From positions 93,560,001-93,624,000 of the forward strand of contig CM052817.1 of the NCBI GenBank assembly GCA_028534125.1: a DNA stretch of 64,000 bases. Reading direction: 5' to 3'. Positions 1 to 13,070 of this stretch are shown here, one piece after another. The notes beneath the pieces were generated by a model. It made no database searches, had not been told where the DNA came from, and saw only the letters and a list, made by a program, of their open reading frames with translations. Each line of letters opens with the position of its first letter. Position 1 is the first letter of the stretch. This DNA is from Lama glama (taxonomy: Eukaryota). The translations under genes and the position numbers were made by a program.

Positions 1-197
1 GCAACCACAGACGGCCTCATCACACTGCTCACGGGCCAGCCTGCCCCCTAGTCTCTATCAAAGTCTTCCTTGCCTGTTTAACTTCACCCAGTGCAACTGC
101 TCTTTGACAACCACTGTAAAGCTCTTCATCCATAGCACAGTGGTGGTAATAGGTGTGATGAGTAAAATATTCAATAAAATTTCTTGCCTCTATCAAC

Positions 198-408
198 CAG
201 TACTTCTCAACCAATAGCAATTTTGCCAAACAGGAAACATTTGATAAAGTCCAGAGACATTCTTGGTTGTCACAATTAGGGAGGAAGAGAAGGGGGAGGT
301 TTGCTTTTGGCATCTAATGGGTAGAGATCAGGGATGCTGTTAATCATTTTTACAATGTATAAGGCAGCCCCTCAAAAAATGTTAATAATGCATGGCTGAG
401 AAAACCTG
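198..408 (+). mobile_element. MER20-like hAT-Charlie non-autonomous DNA transposon
   Basis: Termini CAGTACTTCTCAACC...GCTGAGAAAACCTG; internal GAGACATTCTTGGTTGTCACAA and GGCATCTAATGGGTAGAGATCAGGGATGCTG match the recalled MER20 consensus. Confidence 0.85.
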
Positions 409-552
409 GTATACAGGATCCCTTGAGCACGCTTCCTTAAGTCTCAGCCTGGTCAGGAAAATTAGGTTGTGCTAAAAAGCCTCCACCAGAATAAGTTAGA
501 TTATAGATCCTAAAAACAACGAAAGCAGGCAACTGAAAAATAGCTACAAATA

Positions 553-697
553 CAGTCATCCCTTGGTATCTACGGGGGGACTGGTTCCAGGATCCCCAAG
601 GGCACCTGAATCTGCAGGTGCTCAAGTCCCTTATACAAGATGGCAGAGCACAGTCAGCCCTACACGATGCAGAACGCACAGATCGGAAGGCCAGCTG
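553..697 (+). mobile_element. Tigger2/MER2-type MITE (TcMar-Tigger)
   Basis: TA|CAGTCATCCCTTGGTATC...GGAAGGCCAGCTG|TA: imperfect TIRs with TA target duplication; GGTTCCAGGA and GCTCAAGTCCCTTATA motifs of the MER2/Tigger2 5' end. Confidence 0.75.
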
Positions 698-829
698 TAG
701 CTCTGGGGAAGACTATCACTGAGAAACATGAGTAGAACCAATAACATTTACAGAATATTGAGTTATTACTTTAACATGAAATGAGCCCATATTGGTGTAG
801 GACATGGATCACTGTGGCTGAGGCGCAGG

Positions 830-1010
830 GTCTACCATTTCCTAACTGTGGCAGCGTGGCTCAGTTGTTTAATTCTCAGGCTTAGTTTTCTCCTGGGTGT
901 GAAAGAGAAATAATAACCCCTGCTTCACAGTGTCATTGTACAGATTCAACAAGATGACGCGCCGTCACTGAGGAGCACGGAGTCCGCCTTGTAGTAAACT
1001 CTCAGTACAC
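830..1010 (+). mobile_element. MIR SINE remnant
   Basis: Degenerate MIR core (CTCAGGCTTAGTTTTCTC...ATAATAACCCCTGCTTCACAGTGTCATTGTACAGATTCAA). Confidence 0.6.
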
Positions 1011-2689
1011 ACCGCAATAAGAAAGGAAAACAGGGACCCCAGAATTCGCTACTTAATAAACAAGCGAGGGAATAACTGATGTCTAATTAAGTCCTGAGTT
1101 TATCATTTAATATTTTGAGACCAAGCTAACTCTTCAAACACCATTATTTTAATGAGAATTTAAGATCCAGATAATCCAATTTGTGGGCTGGCTTTTGGAA
1201 TCACTTTGGTCTCATAATCACATGAAGGTATTTCCCAGGAAAAATCTAATTAGATGTTTAATTAATCTGGATAGGCTAATGAACTGCCACTCTGCCATTA
1301 TCTCTTTAGAGATCCATCTCAATCAATTTAGGTGCACAACAACTAATAATACAGACTGCCACCCCCGTCACTATCTCACTGACAAAGGAAGGGCTCTTCA
1401 GTTAGCCTGTAGCCCCCTTAGAAGAATCACTAAGTTTGCAAATGCTCTCTTAATAACTGGCAAGTTAACTTAAACAGATTACCTGATTTCTTTTTCATTT
1501 ACTCAAAAAACAGTTATTGTAGCAATAATAAAGAGCATACATACATTTAATCCACTTGTGATACACTGACATCATTTTATCTGGCAAGCACACAATAAAA
1601 AATTAAACACCTTCCCTCCTTCTCCCCTTTTGCACACAGGTAGAAAATCTGTATCAGGACAAACTGACAAAGTGATTCTGTGTGGCTCAGATGTGAATGA
1701 GCTTGGCTTATTTTGTAATGTCAGCCTCTACTTCATTCTCATCAACCACATGTTGAGTAATAAACCTTAGCCACTATGCCTTATTTTTATTTGTCCCACG
1801 TTTAGAGCTTCTATTATTTATATCAGTCTTGTGCTTTCTTAGCAATATGTTAAAGAGTATCTGAGTTTCCTCAAGAGCTATATTTTAAATTTAAAAATGC
1901 ATTAGAATATGAGCAGTAAAAGCATAAAATCCCTTAAGTCTCCACTCAATAATTCACTATTAAATCAATATATAAAGAACGTTTTTTAAGCCACCAAACT
2001 AAAAGAAACTTAAAGTTGAAAAACAATGGATCTCTGCCCACCCCTAAGTTTTCTAAACTAATTTTTCCTTCAGATAGACCTGTCAGTTCCAAATTGAACT
2101 TGACTTGGTTTCTGAGATCCTGGGAAATGTGAGATATCTTGCTTCATTTTCTATTCCTATATAAAGCAGAGTTGTATTAAAATTTTCAAATTTCTTTTCT
2201 CTTTATGAGCTCCAGAGGGTACATTTTGGTTGGTTCAATATGCTATTCCTACTTTAACTTTCCATTAAGTTCATTTCTTTTTTCAATTTTACCCTAAAAT
2301 TTTGAGTCAAAGAATAAAACCTTCAAAGTGCTAGTTCTCTCTAATGCACTTTTGAAAAGGGGACAGTAAGTGTAACCTCAGTGAGGTACAGACCAGGACA
2401 CAATGCTAAGAAGAACTTTACATAAAAAGATTTTTATTTTAAATTTATTAAGAGCAGGAAATCTGTAAAATCACCCTTTACAATAACCCTAACAGATGAT
2501 CTGCCTGACCATCCATATAACGGGGAAAAAATTTTATCATCTAGAAATCTTCTATAGACATCGTTTGGAAGGAACTTTTCTGCAGATTAATTAGTACCAG
2601 TTATAGATGCTGAGTTAACAAAAGTCAGCATGTTAGTTTGTTTGGAAAACAATACCATCGTCTAAGTAGAAAAGGGGGTTAACAGTTTA

Positions 2690-2869
2690 ATAGTAGATCA
2701 CAACCTTGGTTGTACATCAGAAACACTCTGGGAGCGTTTAAACACTCGAATGCCTGGACTGCCCCCAGATCAATTATATCAGAATCTATAGGCTGGGAAC
2801 CAGACATCAGTATTTTTTTAAAGCTTCCTCAGGTGATTTTAATACGCAGCCCAAGTTGAGAACCAATGC
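2690..2869. mobile_element. MER5A-like hAT-Charlie element
   Basis: ATCAGAATCT...GGGAACCAGACATCAGTATTTTTTTAAAGCTTCCTCAGGTGATTTTAATACGCAGCCCAAGTTGAGAACCA, typical MER5 body and terminus. Confidence 0.8.
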
Positions 2870-4199
2870 TTTTAAAAAAGAAGATTTCATAACAACTGCT
2901 ACTATAATATACAGTTAAAAGGAATATTTAGATAGATTTTCATAATTGAAAATATAATTGTTTTGAGTATAAGAATTACCTATCCACCCCAAACTATAAT
3001 ATTTGAAATAAGATTTAAAACCACTACTGAAATAGATTTTTTAATTTTTGTACTTTTTAAATGATATTCCAGCAAAACATTGGGATCATTTCCATATGTG
3101 TATATTTGAGTTGATGTAATTTGATGTGACATAGCCATTTATAAGATTCTAAGACAGGAATGTATATATTGCTAACTCACTGAATTGACTCTAGGTGAAA
3201 CGGAAGATTCAATCACTGGTTAGGTAACATTTTTCCTCAAAAGCCGAACAGTAATATGAAATTTGGCTTAAGAATATTATAACAGAGGAAACAACTTTTT
3301 GCTCTATATATTTAATATTATAAAAAACATGACTAGTATACTAACTCTTAAAAAGTAGTGGAGTGCCTGCACTAGGCCCCGCGGCTACAAGGTGTCTGAA
3401 AAAGCACAGTTCCTGCTCTCATTGACATACAGCCCAGTTGGCTGACTTGTAAGTCAGGACAAAGATCTTGATCCCATCCATACATCCACCGTAAGCTCAA
3501 GATAGTATTAAACATTAGTAATATATCAAATCACAAATGAAGTGCCATTTGTCCATATAACCCAGTATTTCCAGGTCCTCTTGGTTGATATTCTATGTCT
3601 TTTTCTATACCCCATCTTCTAAGAGACCAGAAAAGACTGAAAATGTAAAAATTACTAGTTGAGTTTGTGAAGGTTTATGCAAAAACAAAAATAAATGGTA
3701 AATGATTCTCATATCTCCACTTCCCCCCAAATTTCTGTTCCATTCTTGCTTTCTTACCATATCTCATCACCATCATGGTGATTGTCACAACTATCTTCTC
3801 AGAGTCTGTAATACATAAATGACAAGTATGTCTGACAGCAAAGCTATGGCACTGGAAAATTACTGTTGATCTACTTAGAATTTTTTCCGTTCTTGATTAT
3901 TCTATATGTCCTTATAAAATATTTGTGCTTATTATACCATTACATAAGTACAAGATAAAATTACTCACAATCCACCACCATAGCAACCATATATAATATG
4001 TAATATCTTTACAACCTTTTCTTTATTAAGCTTTTTCAGTTCAAATCATCCTGAATTTAAAATTTTGCATGCAGTTCTTTAATTATATTCATATTATATT
4101 TTAAGAATTTTAAACTCTCATCAATAACTCTATAAAACACATCTGAAATCGTATATGGCTGAAATTCTTAATATTACAGAGCACTTCAAGAGCCTCAGA

Positions 4200-4520
4200 A
4201 TATTAATTTAATGAGCAAATATTTATACAGTGCCTTCTGTGTACCAGATATTATAGTCTAGATTCTGAAGACACAGAGCAAACAAAGACAAGATTCCTGC
4301 TCTGTGGAGCTTATATTCTAGTGGGGAGAAACAGACAATGAAAAATAAACTGATCAAAAAGATAATTTTAGGCAGTAATTCTTAACAGTCACAGGATTTG
4401 GACTCTGGAGAGGAGGCTGGTTAGAGTGGGCAGGTGTTTGGAAAGATATCCATCTCCAAGCGGACAATGTTTGCTCTGAGATTTGAATGATAAGCAGAGA
4501 TCAACCATGTGAAACTCTTA
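4200..4520 (-). mobile_element. L2 LINE 3' end remnant
   Basis: CAAATATTTATACAGTGCCTTCTGTGTACCAG...CCTGCTCTGTGGAGCTTATATTCTAGTGGGGAGAAACAGAC, the antisense L2 3' signature. Confidence 0.75.
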
Positions 4521-5294
4521 AGCGTATGAAAACGTAAGAAGAATGGGATAATGCTGCCTTCCTGGAAATTCTGAATTACCTGGAATAGATCTTCATGAAG
4601 GTACAGGCCAAGAGTGAGCTAGCCTTGAAAATGTCCCTTCCTTGAAAGCCTCATATGGCTTCTTTTGTGTCAGATCCAATCTTCCTTTATTCTTTCATCA
4701 GAAGGTACTTAGAGGTCAATTCCTTTGTCAGATCATTCACTGATCACAGGAGAATGAGTATGACCAAACTCCTCCCTAAACTTTCAACTGAGCATGTAGT
4801 TAGAATTTATAATATACTTTCATTAACATGTGTACTGTCCTTTTTTTTTTTTTTACCATTAATTTACCATGATTTTTGACATTTCATATTGTGTTGTTGT
4901 CATCATTGTTCTTGTCAATTTTGGAGCAGAGCTGTTTCAAGCTTGTACAACTGATGTAGGACTGCAGTTAAAAGCATGGGTCATGGACACGTGCAATGGT
5001 AAGATCTTACCTAAGCTACTTCGGCCAGCCACAATTCCTTATCGCAGGAAATTATTATTATTATTATTATCACAATAATAATGTGTTTTAAAAGAAATGA
5101 TTCAGAGAACTCAGCTTAGAGGCTGACACACAAGCCTTTAATACATAGGCAGGTAGAAAGAGAAACAGCATAAATGCTCACACACACACACTGTCCTTTG
5201 GGATTATTTTAAATATTGCATGGATAAAGATCTTAGTACATGGTGGTGAAAATAAGACTTAGTTTAGTTATACCATATTACTCTTTGAATATTC

Positions 5295-5424
5295 TTTTGG
5301 TTTTTGTTTGGGGGGGAAGTAGATAATTAGGTTTACTTATTTATTTAATAGAGGTACTGGGGATTGAACCCAGAACCTTGTACATGCTAAGCATATGCTT
5401 TACCATAGAGCTATACCCTCCCCC
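5295..5424 (-). mobile_element. tRNA-Ala-derived SINE (Vic-1-like, camelid), form with AAACCTAATT 3' segment
   Basis: Reverse complement GGGGGAGGGTATAGCTCTATGGTAAAGCATATGCTTAGCATGTACAAGGTTCTGGGTTCAATCCCCAGTACCTCT has pol III A/B boxes; flanked by CCATATTA(C/T)TCTTTGAAT at 5273-5290 and 5427-5444 (TSD, 1 mismatch). Confidence 0.9.
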
Positions 5425-5957
5425 TGCCATATTATTCTTTGAATGACCTCTTAAAATTATTGTTTAGAAGACCACATGTGGTCTGCTGACTAAAAGAGGC
5501 TATCCACCCATTTTCACTTGGATGAATTATAGAAGGTGGGGTTGGGGGAACTTGAAATCCCAAACTCCATTCACTCTTGGTCACAGACAACACATCAAGT
5601 TTCAAACATAATCACAATGGGGCATCAAAAAGAGCTGCTAAGGGTCCTTTCGATTCTTCTCTGTTTTTCTTCTGTTCTCAAAGCCCTCATTAAGTGACTT
5701 CCTCTACACTAACACAAATATGTTCAGGGAAGACTGTCCTGAGAACCAGCCCTCTGTATTTGGAATTGAACTCCCAAATGCAGTGGCATGACTGAGCCTT
5801 GTGTCCAAGGAAGGAAGGGAATCCAGAAAGAGACAAGAAAGATGCTTTCACACCATACTCCTCAGAAACCCAGCACCCCACCATGATGTTACCTCAGAGT
5901 GGAGAAAAGAGGGCTGACCAGCTGGGCTTGAACCAGAAATCCCCATTTTCATGTCAA

Positions 5958-5988
5958 ACACACACACACACACACATACACACACACA
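5958..5988. repeat. (CA)n microsatellite, interrupted
   Basis: Direct observation. Confidence 0.95.
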
Positions 5989-6529
5989 ATGTTCAAATGG
6001 TTCCATGAATGAAACAAAGCTAGAAAACCACTGAACCAGGAAATGTGGAGGTCCTTTGTGCATTGTATTGTGATCTACAAATATTAGTTTTTAATATTAT
6101 TATTGCTCTTTTTTGATTCCTGTGAAATTTTAAATGCCTGTTTTATTGGGAGATTACTTAATTAGATAATAAAGTCAAGAAAAGGTATCATTCCCAGCCA
6201 GATTCCTTTTCGTCATTCTGTGCAATAAGCACATTTAAAATGCTTTCTAGAGGAGTTCCTCACGAGATTCATTTACTGGAGGAAGCAGGAATAGTTGACT
6301 AAACTTTTCCATCATAAATTTAATTCCCACAGGGTCAACCCAGCCGGTCATCTTTTGCAGTAAAGAAATTCACCACACTTCCTGGTTCTTATGTGGAGAT
6401 TCAGGGAAATGTTCCCTGCCTCCTTTGGTTTGAAGTGAGGTTCCTAAGGCTCTAAATTCAATTACAGCAACCTGGATGTTTTAACCCCAGGTTACAGCAA
6501 AACACCAAAGGAATACTGAGAAATAATAA

Positions 6530-6812
6530 CAGCAGGCTTCCAGTCAAGTGTGGCACCAGTCAGAAGTCGACAGGAGAGCAGGGTCTGGGTATTTGTCTCC
6601 CTGGGTCCCTCAGTCAGGTCACTACTGGCTGGCTGTCCAGTGACTCACTTCACTCTGGATTCTCTGTCTCTCCCTTCCTCTGCCCCTAAAGACCTAGAGA
6701 AAACAATAGTTCTCTACTGTCACAATTGCCATGGCACTGAGTCACGTTCGTTATTTTCCCTAAACCCTGACCACATCTTTGTAAACAGTCCTTTCTTAAA
6801 CTTTCCTTTAAT
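6530..6812 (+). mobile_element. Ancient ERVL solo LTR remnant (LTR33-like)
   Basis: TTCCCTAAACCCTGACCACATCTTTGTAAACAGTCCTTTCTTAAACTTTCC and CTGCCCCTAAAGACCTAG resemble the recalled LTR33 3' region. Confidence 0.6.
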
Positions 6813-7749
6813 CACTGCTCCAGGAATCTGAGCAGCGAATTCCTCTCTCCATCTAGTTTACATACAACCAGACCAAAAAGATGCAGCCTAACCCTCACTA
6901 TCCCCATTTTCCATCCTCTGCACAGCTGGCCAAAAAAATAAATTCCACAGCTGTCCAAAAAGACCCTGTCACTCCTACAACAACCCTATGAGAAAATCAT
7001 TTTTCAATTTTCCTGGTTTTTGCAAGAGGACAGGAATTCAGGCCTACAAATAGAACAGCATTTTTAACCTAACAATAGTCACTGGGTCTATTAAAGCATC
7101 CTGAGCGTCAGGAAGCAGGCAGTAACCGACTATTCACATCGGGGGTTGGTCTCTTTGAGTTGAGTGACCTTACTGAACCTTAACTCAAGCGTCATAAATC
7201 AGTCTCAGCCTAATTAAACACAAAAATATCTGATGCTATGCAGCTGATAACACTAGACAGTTGACTTCTTGGAACGAGGTAGTAAAATATATCCAGGAAA
7301 TGCAATCCCATGGTGCAGAAAGATACCAGGTGCATCCTTGTTTTTCCTTCAATCTGATTAGTCATTCATCAGAAACAATACATTTTTATGAAAATGTTTT
7401 GGGCCCAAACAAAGACAGTGAGCATCTGGACTGACCTTAACATCTCTTCTTCAAAACATCTCAAGCTGATCTTGTCATTTACTTTAACAGCTCACCCTGT
7501 GATGACACTAGAGATGGGTTCCATTGAAAGGGTTGTAAGAACAAGACCCTGAGTCATGCTTCAAAGGAAAAATATGGTTACTCACCCACTCTTCTCCCCT
7601 CATCCACCTTAGCAGTGCTGATAACTCTTCACTGTTCTACTCCGGGTTTCCATGTCAGAAGCCTAGCTCTATAGCTGCAGTTCAGCTACCTTAGTTAGAA
7701 GAATTCATTTCCTTTTACCATCATTTGATGTTTACAAAGTTAAATGTTT

Positions 7750-8430
7750 GTGGAGGTAAAGTACTCACTGTCTTTCATACATCATCAGAAGGTGTCACAA
7801 AGATCTTAAAATCTATAAGCATGTACAATTACCAGTGGGACACATACAGTAAATTTCAGGCGGGAAGCCCCATTAAAAAGACTGGCATGACCCTTAGGCA
7901 GGGCCGCTGCTCTCCTCCCACTAGAGTCCGTTCCCTGGCCCCGAGGCTTTATCTCACTTTTTGCCTCTAAAGCGACTAACTTACACCTAGAATTCTATTG
8001 GTTCCCTGAGGTCACTTCTGATTGGTTATTTCCTACACTCCTGATTGGTTATTTCCTTCACTCCTGATTGGTTATTGATATCACTTCTGATTGGTCCACT
8101 TCCCTAACTTCTGATTGGCCCATTTGTAGTGCTTCATTTGCATGGAGCTCACTCCTGATTGGTCTATTTCTACAAAGCTTGTTCCTGGTTGGTCAACTTC
8201 TGTTGTACTTTATTTGCATATGATGTTGCAAAGTGTAGAACTGGCAGCCTATAAAAGGCCTGTGTAAACCTACAGATGGGGTCCAGATCTTGAAGTGCTA
8301 ACTCTTCTGGGCCCGCTGGCGTAATAAACCTGAGTTCTCCAACTCTCCAGGTGCTGCTTGGTCTCTTGCCCGGATCCAGGTTGCTGTCATAACTGAGCTG
8401 TAACACCAAGGTGTAACACATTTTTCCACA
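7750..8430 (+). mobile_element. Solo ERV LTR (probably ERV1 class, comparatively young); ends ambiguous by tens of bp
   Basis: U3-R-U5 order: tandem CTGATTGG boxes, TATAAAA 8250-8256, AATAAA 8323-8328, GAGCTGTAACA near the 3' end; several CpGs retained; no PBS or internal sequence follows. Confidence 0.85.
7997..8256 (+). promoter_or_regulatory. LTR promoter: 7 inverted CCAAT boxes, 2 octamer sites, TATA box
   Basis: ATTGG at 7997, 8021, 8044, 8067, 8090, 8114, 8158; ATTTGCAT at 8136 and 8212; TATAAAA at 8250. Confidence 0.75.
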
Positions 8431-8976
8431 ACATTTTGACATCTCTGAATTACAGTTTCATAGAAAAATGACAGAGATGGGTGTATAATACATTGACTAA
8501 TTTCAGCAGTAAGCATTTGGGGAATCTCTTGGGGGTACTTCTGGTCTGGCAGGAAGCAATGACCAAGACCAAAAGTTAAAAGACTGGAATTGTAGATCTT
8601 ACTTTTCTAATTATAACACTGCCAATACTATAGAATGTCAGAACTCCAATACTATAGAATGACAATTATCTGTATAACCTGGCTTGCAGAGTGACTGGTA
8701 TTTTTAAAAAGTGATTTATATGTATACACAGTAATATCCAAAAAGTTTTTGCTACTTCACCTTGCTGAATTCAGTTAGAAATTTTTAAATAATTGAGAAC
8801 CTCACTGTTCTGAAACAAAGTCAAGATACCGTGTTTCTTTCAAATTACACATGCTCTTTCTTTTCCTCCCTACCTCTAAGGTCAAGTCCTTTAATGATCA
8901 TCAACTTCTAGAATGCACACACTCACATAGTTCTCTCCCACACTGATCAGGGCTGACCTGCATATCTGATAAGATA

Positions 8977-9476
8977 NNNNNNNNNNNNNNNNNNNNNNNN
9001 NNNNNNNNNNNNNNNNNNNNNNNNNNNNNNNNNNNNNNNNNNNNNNNNNNNNNNNNNNNNNNNNNNNNNNNNNNNNNNNNNNNNNNNNNNNNNNNNNNNN
9101 NNNNNNNNNNNNNNNNNNNNNNNNNNNNNNNNNNNNNNNNNNNNNNNNNNNNNNNNNNNNNNNNNNNNNNNNNNNNNNNNNNNNNNNNNNNNNNNNNNNN
9201 NNNNNNNNNNNNNNNNNNNNNNNNNNNNNNNNNNNNNNNNNNNNNNNNNNNNNNNNNNNNNNNNNNNNNNNNNNNNNNNNNNNNNNNNNNNNNNNNNNNN
9301 NNNNNNNNNNNNNNNNNNNNNNNNNNNNNNNNNNNNNNNNNNNNNNNNNNNNNNNNNNNNNNNNNNNNNNNNNNNNNNNNNNNNNNNNNNNNNNNNNNNN
9401 NNNNNNNNNNNNNNNNNNNNNNNNNNNNNNNNNNNNNNNNNNNNNNNNNNNNNNNNNNNNNNNNNNNNNNNNNNNN
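8977..9476. other. Assembly gap (500 N)
   Basis: Run of N. Confidence 1.
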
Positions 9477-9869
9477 ACAGTAATAGACCTGAAAACACAG
9501 ATTACTTCAGTAGTATGGATGTGAATTTCTCTTAGGAAAATCAGAATTCTAAATTAAACTAAACTATATTAATATTGAATTCTACTGCAAGTGAGGTTTT
9601 ATTGTATACAAATTTAGTTTCTGCAAAGGGCAGAAATTTTCTTTTATATGAGTCTATAAAACAGTTTTTAGAGCTGTAAGAATTATACCAAAATGGAAAA
9701 TTTGAAAGGAATGAGATTCAGATATTTTATCCTCAATCAGCAGCAGAATTTTACCAAACAGGAAATGGCATAAAAGGTAATGGTTATGGAATAGGAATTA
9801 CAAAATGCTGTTCTGAACCACTCAAATGAGTTAACTCCTTAACTCTTGGTACTAGATGTTACATATCTA

Positions 9870-10958
9870 CAGGCATCTTCATTTTACTGCACTTTGCTTT
9901 ATTACACTTTGGAGATACTGCCTTTTTGAAATTGAAGGCTTGGGCAACCCTGTGTCAAGCAAGTCTATCAGCACCATTTTTACAACGGCATTTGCTCACT
10001 TCGTGTGTCTGTGTCACATTTTGGGAATTCTCATAATATTTCAAAATTTTTCTATTATTATGATAATTCTTAGGCTGACCTGTGATCAGTGATCTTTGAT
10101 GTTACTATTGTAGTTATTTGGGGACACCACAAACCATACCCAATAAGACAGTGAATTTAATTGGTAAATGTCGTGTGTGTCCTGACTGCTCCACCAACTG
10201 GCCACTTCCCCATCTCTTTCTCTCTCCCCGGGACCCCCTTTCCTTGAGACACAACAATATTGAAATTAGACCAATTAACAATCTTACAATAGCCTCTATC
10301 TGTTCATGTGAAGGGAAGAGTCATACACCTTTCACTTTTAAGTCAAAAGCTAAAAATGATTAACCTTTGTGAGGAAGGCATGTTGAAAGTAAAGACAGGC
10401 TGAAAGGTAAGCCTCTTGCACCAAACATTTATCCAAGCTGTGAATGCAAAGGGAAAGTTCTCAAAGGAAATTAAAAATGCTCCTCCAGTGAACACACAAG
10501 TGACAAAAAGGGGAAACAGCCTTATTGCTGACCTGAAGGGAGTTTTAGTGGTCTGGATAGAAAATTAAACCAGCCACCACATTCCCTTGAGCCAAAGCGT
10601 GATGCACAGCAAGGTCCTAACTCTTCAATTCTGCGAAGCCTGAGAGAGGTGACGGAACTGCAGAAGAAGGTCTGACGCTAGCTTAGGTTGGTTCATGAGG
10701 TGTAAGAAATGAAGCCGTCTCCATAACATAAAAGTGTGAGGCGAAGCAGCAAGGGCTGCGGTGGAAGCTGCGGCAGCTTATCCAGAAGATCAAGCTAAAA
10801 TAATTAATGAAGGTGGCTCCATGAAACAACAGATTTACAGTGTACGCAAACAGCCTTCTTTTGGAAGAAGATGCCATCTAGGACTTTCATAGCCAGAGAG
10901 AAGTCAATGCCTGGCTTCAAAGCTTCAAAGAACAGTGACTCTTCCTTTAGAGGCTAAA
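9870..10958 (+). mobile_element. Tigger1 DNA transposon, 5' ~1.1 kb with disrupted transposase start; 3' part missing
   Basis: TA|CAGGCATCTTCATTTTACTGCACTTTGCTTTATT start; GGCAACCCTGTGTCAAGCAAGTCTATCAGCACCATTTTT; decayed transposase from ~10288 (…GAAGGGAAGAGTCATAC…, TTGGAAGAAGATGCCATCTAGGACTTTCATAGC = WKKMPSRTFIA). Confidence 0.92.
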
Positions 10959-11637
10959 GTATTAGTCAACAAAATTTTGCTTAATCAATTTTATTTATTA
11001 TTGCATCAAAATTATACCCTTGTAAACCAAGTAATTTAAGACATACCTAGCATTTACAAATCGTCAAATGATTTAATTACTTAATAAAATTGTGAATGGA
11101 CTTATGCTTAATATGAATTCAAAGGGCTGGGTCATTTTGCCCTGAGAGATCACTGATGATTTAATTCTTAAAAATCTTATGCACTAGATTGTATCTACTT
11201 TTTAGTAGATACTAAGCTATCATTTCTCTTCAGATAATTTTAAAATATCTGTTGAATGAGATGAATACACGAAGAATTTTCAGCAATTAGTTCTGGCAAT
11301 GTTTTGGGATCAATACACTCCATTTGTTCGAAAAATACTGTTATCTTTATGTGGATCTTGTGTTCTTAAGTTTTGCTTTTTCTTCCCATATAAAATTGTG
11401 TGCAAGGGCCACTTTTACTATTTCTCCCTGCTAAAACCTACACTGAGTATAATGATCTAAATAATAATTTCTCAGAAAAATCAAACATGTCATCAAAGTA
11501 CCACTTGTATGTCCATCTCATGCCTAGCTAAAAGGCCTAAGACTTAGGTCATGACATCAAGGAGATGAAAATATAACCAGAGAAATCAAGTTAAATACAT
11601 GAAACAGTTAGGAAAAATTAAGTGCTGTGATGTATAA

Positions 11638-11850
11638 CAGCATTTCCCAAAAGATCCATGAGATGTTAATAGGTTTTTTTTTTAAAGGCATCCATGGTCA
11701 AATAATTTGAGGAATATTTCATTATTACCCTGTTGGTAATTCACAGTGTTTATTAGCATATTAATGACTGAAAAGCGTTGCAGCAAATAAAACGGTTGTA
11801 CTTTAATTAACCCAGAATATTCAAAATTCCTTTAACCATAGAAGCCTTTG
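11638..11850. mobile_element. Old hAT-type DNA transposon remnant (family uncertain)
   Basis: CAGCATTTCCCAAA terminus-like start and CCATGGTCAAATAATTTG / TATTAGCATATTAA motifs seen in old hAT elements. Confidence 0.4.
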
Positions 11851-11989
11851 TTAAAATACTCTCCTTTTGATTCCAAAAATTTCATAAAGAGAAAAAAAAT
11901 AGCACATGTATTTTCCATATTAATTTAATAAGCATTAGTATATTGTTCTATCTGGTTCAGATTTTTAAATCTAAATAATAATAAAAGAT

Positions 11990-13070
11990 TATTCATGCAA
12001 TTAAGATTACCTTCATCCCTTTTTCCTCCCTCCTTCCCTGGAGGTTACCATCATGCTGAAATTGGTGTATATTCTTCTTGTCCATATATTTACTTGGATT
12101 CAGATGGTTGTATACAGAAGTAATACATAGGATTTCTGTGTGTTCAGTTTACACAAATACCATTTTTGTACATACTGTGATTTACTAATTTTACTCAACA
12201 TTATGTTTATGGGACAGATTTGTGATAATGCATATAGGCTGACTTGTCTGTTTTAACTGTGTTAAAACAGATGGAATTGTGTTCTTTGTACAGACCACAA
12301 AAATTAATTATCCAAAAACCTATTAAGGACGTGGTTTGTTTCGAATATTTTCCTTTTGTAACCAATGTTGTGGTGGACATTCTTGTACATATAACCTTGT
12401 GTGTCTGTGGGAGAGATGTCCTAGAGTATATAACTAGAAGTGGAATTAGTAAGTCATAGGTACCTACATTATTAACTTTTGTAGATACTTCAAACTTCTC
12501 TCCAAAGTAATTGAACTAAGTAACGCACCAACCAACGCACTGCCGGAATTCCCAGGGACTCACATCTGCAGACACGCAGACATTATATTTACCTGATGTG
12601 TATGAACTTATAATGTGCTGATATACAATGCTAATTTCCCTTATTTTTGAAATCTGTTTTTGAACATAGTTTCATAATTATATTGGCCATCTGGCTCTCC
12701 TCTTTTGTGAATTGGGAAGATCTGACAGAGTCAATTATATACTCCTAAACTAATTCTTCACTGTTCAAATTCACCACGAATCGTTTCCCTGGTTTATGGT
12801 TTAACTTTCATTTTGTTTGTTATTTCTTTTGTTGCATTTTGACAAGTCTAAATTATGCTTATCAATTTTATAAAGTTTGTACTTTGATCTCTTATGTTTC
12901 CTTCAAACTTTTTCAAAGTTGTATTTTTCTTGTTGAGGACTATATTCCATCTGCTATTTATTTGTGCATGGTGTCATACAGATATTTAATTGTTCCAGTG
13001 ACTTTTTTTTGAAATCAGTCTATCCCTTCCATACTGATCTCCAAAGCTACTTCATCATATACTAAGTCTC
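11990..13070 (-). mobile_element. Old L1 (L1ME-type) 3' region remnant
   Basis: T-rich antisense L1 signature, e.g. GACATTCTTGTACATATAACCTTGTG, CTAGAAGTGGAATT, TTCTCTCCAAAGTAATTG. Confidence 0.7.

Noticed and set aside
7990..8200. CRISPR-like regularly spaced repeats
   Set aside because: Eukaryotic context, the units are degenerate tandem copies rather than repeat plus unique spacer, no cas genes; explained as an LTR U3 enhancer array.
8947..9498. 183-aa ORF
   Set aside because: Artefact of reading through the N gap.
10288..10958. Domesticated Tigger transposase gene (TIGD-like)
   Set aside because: Start codon lost, frameshifts and stops, and the element is 3' truncated.
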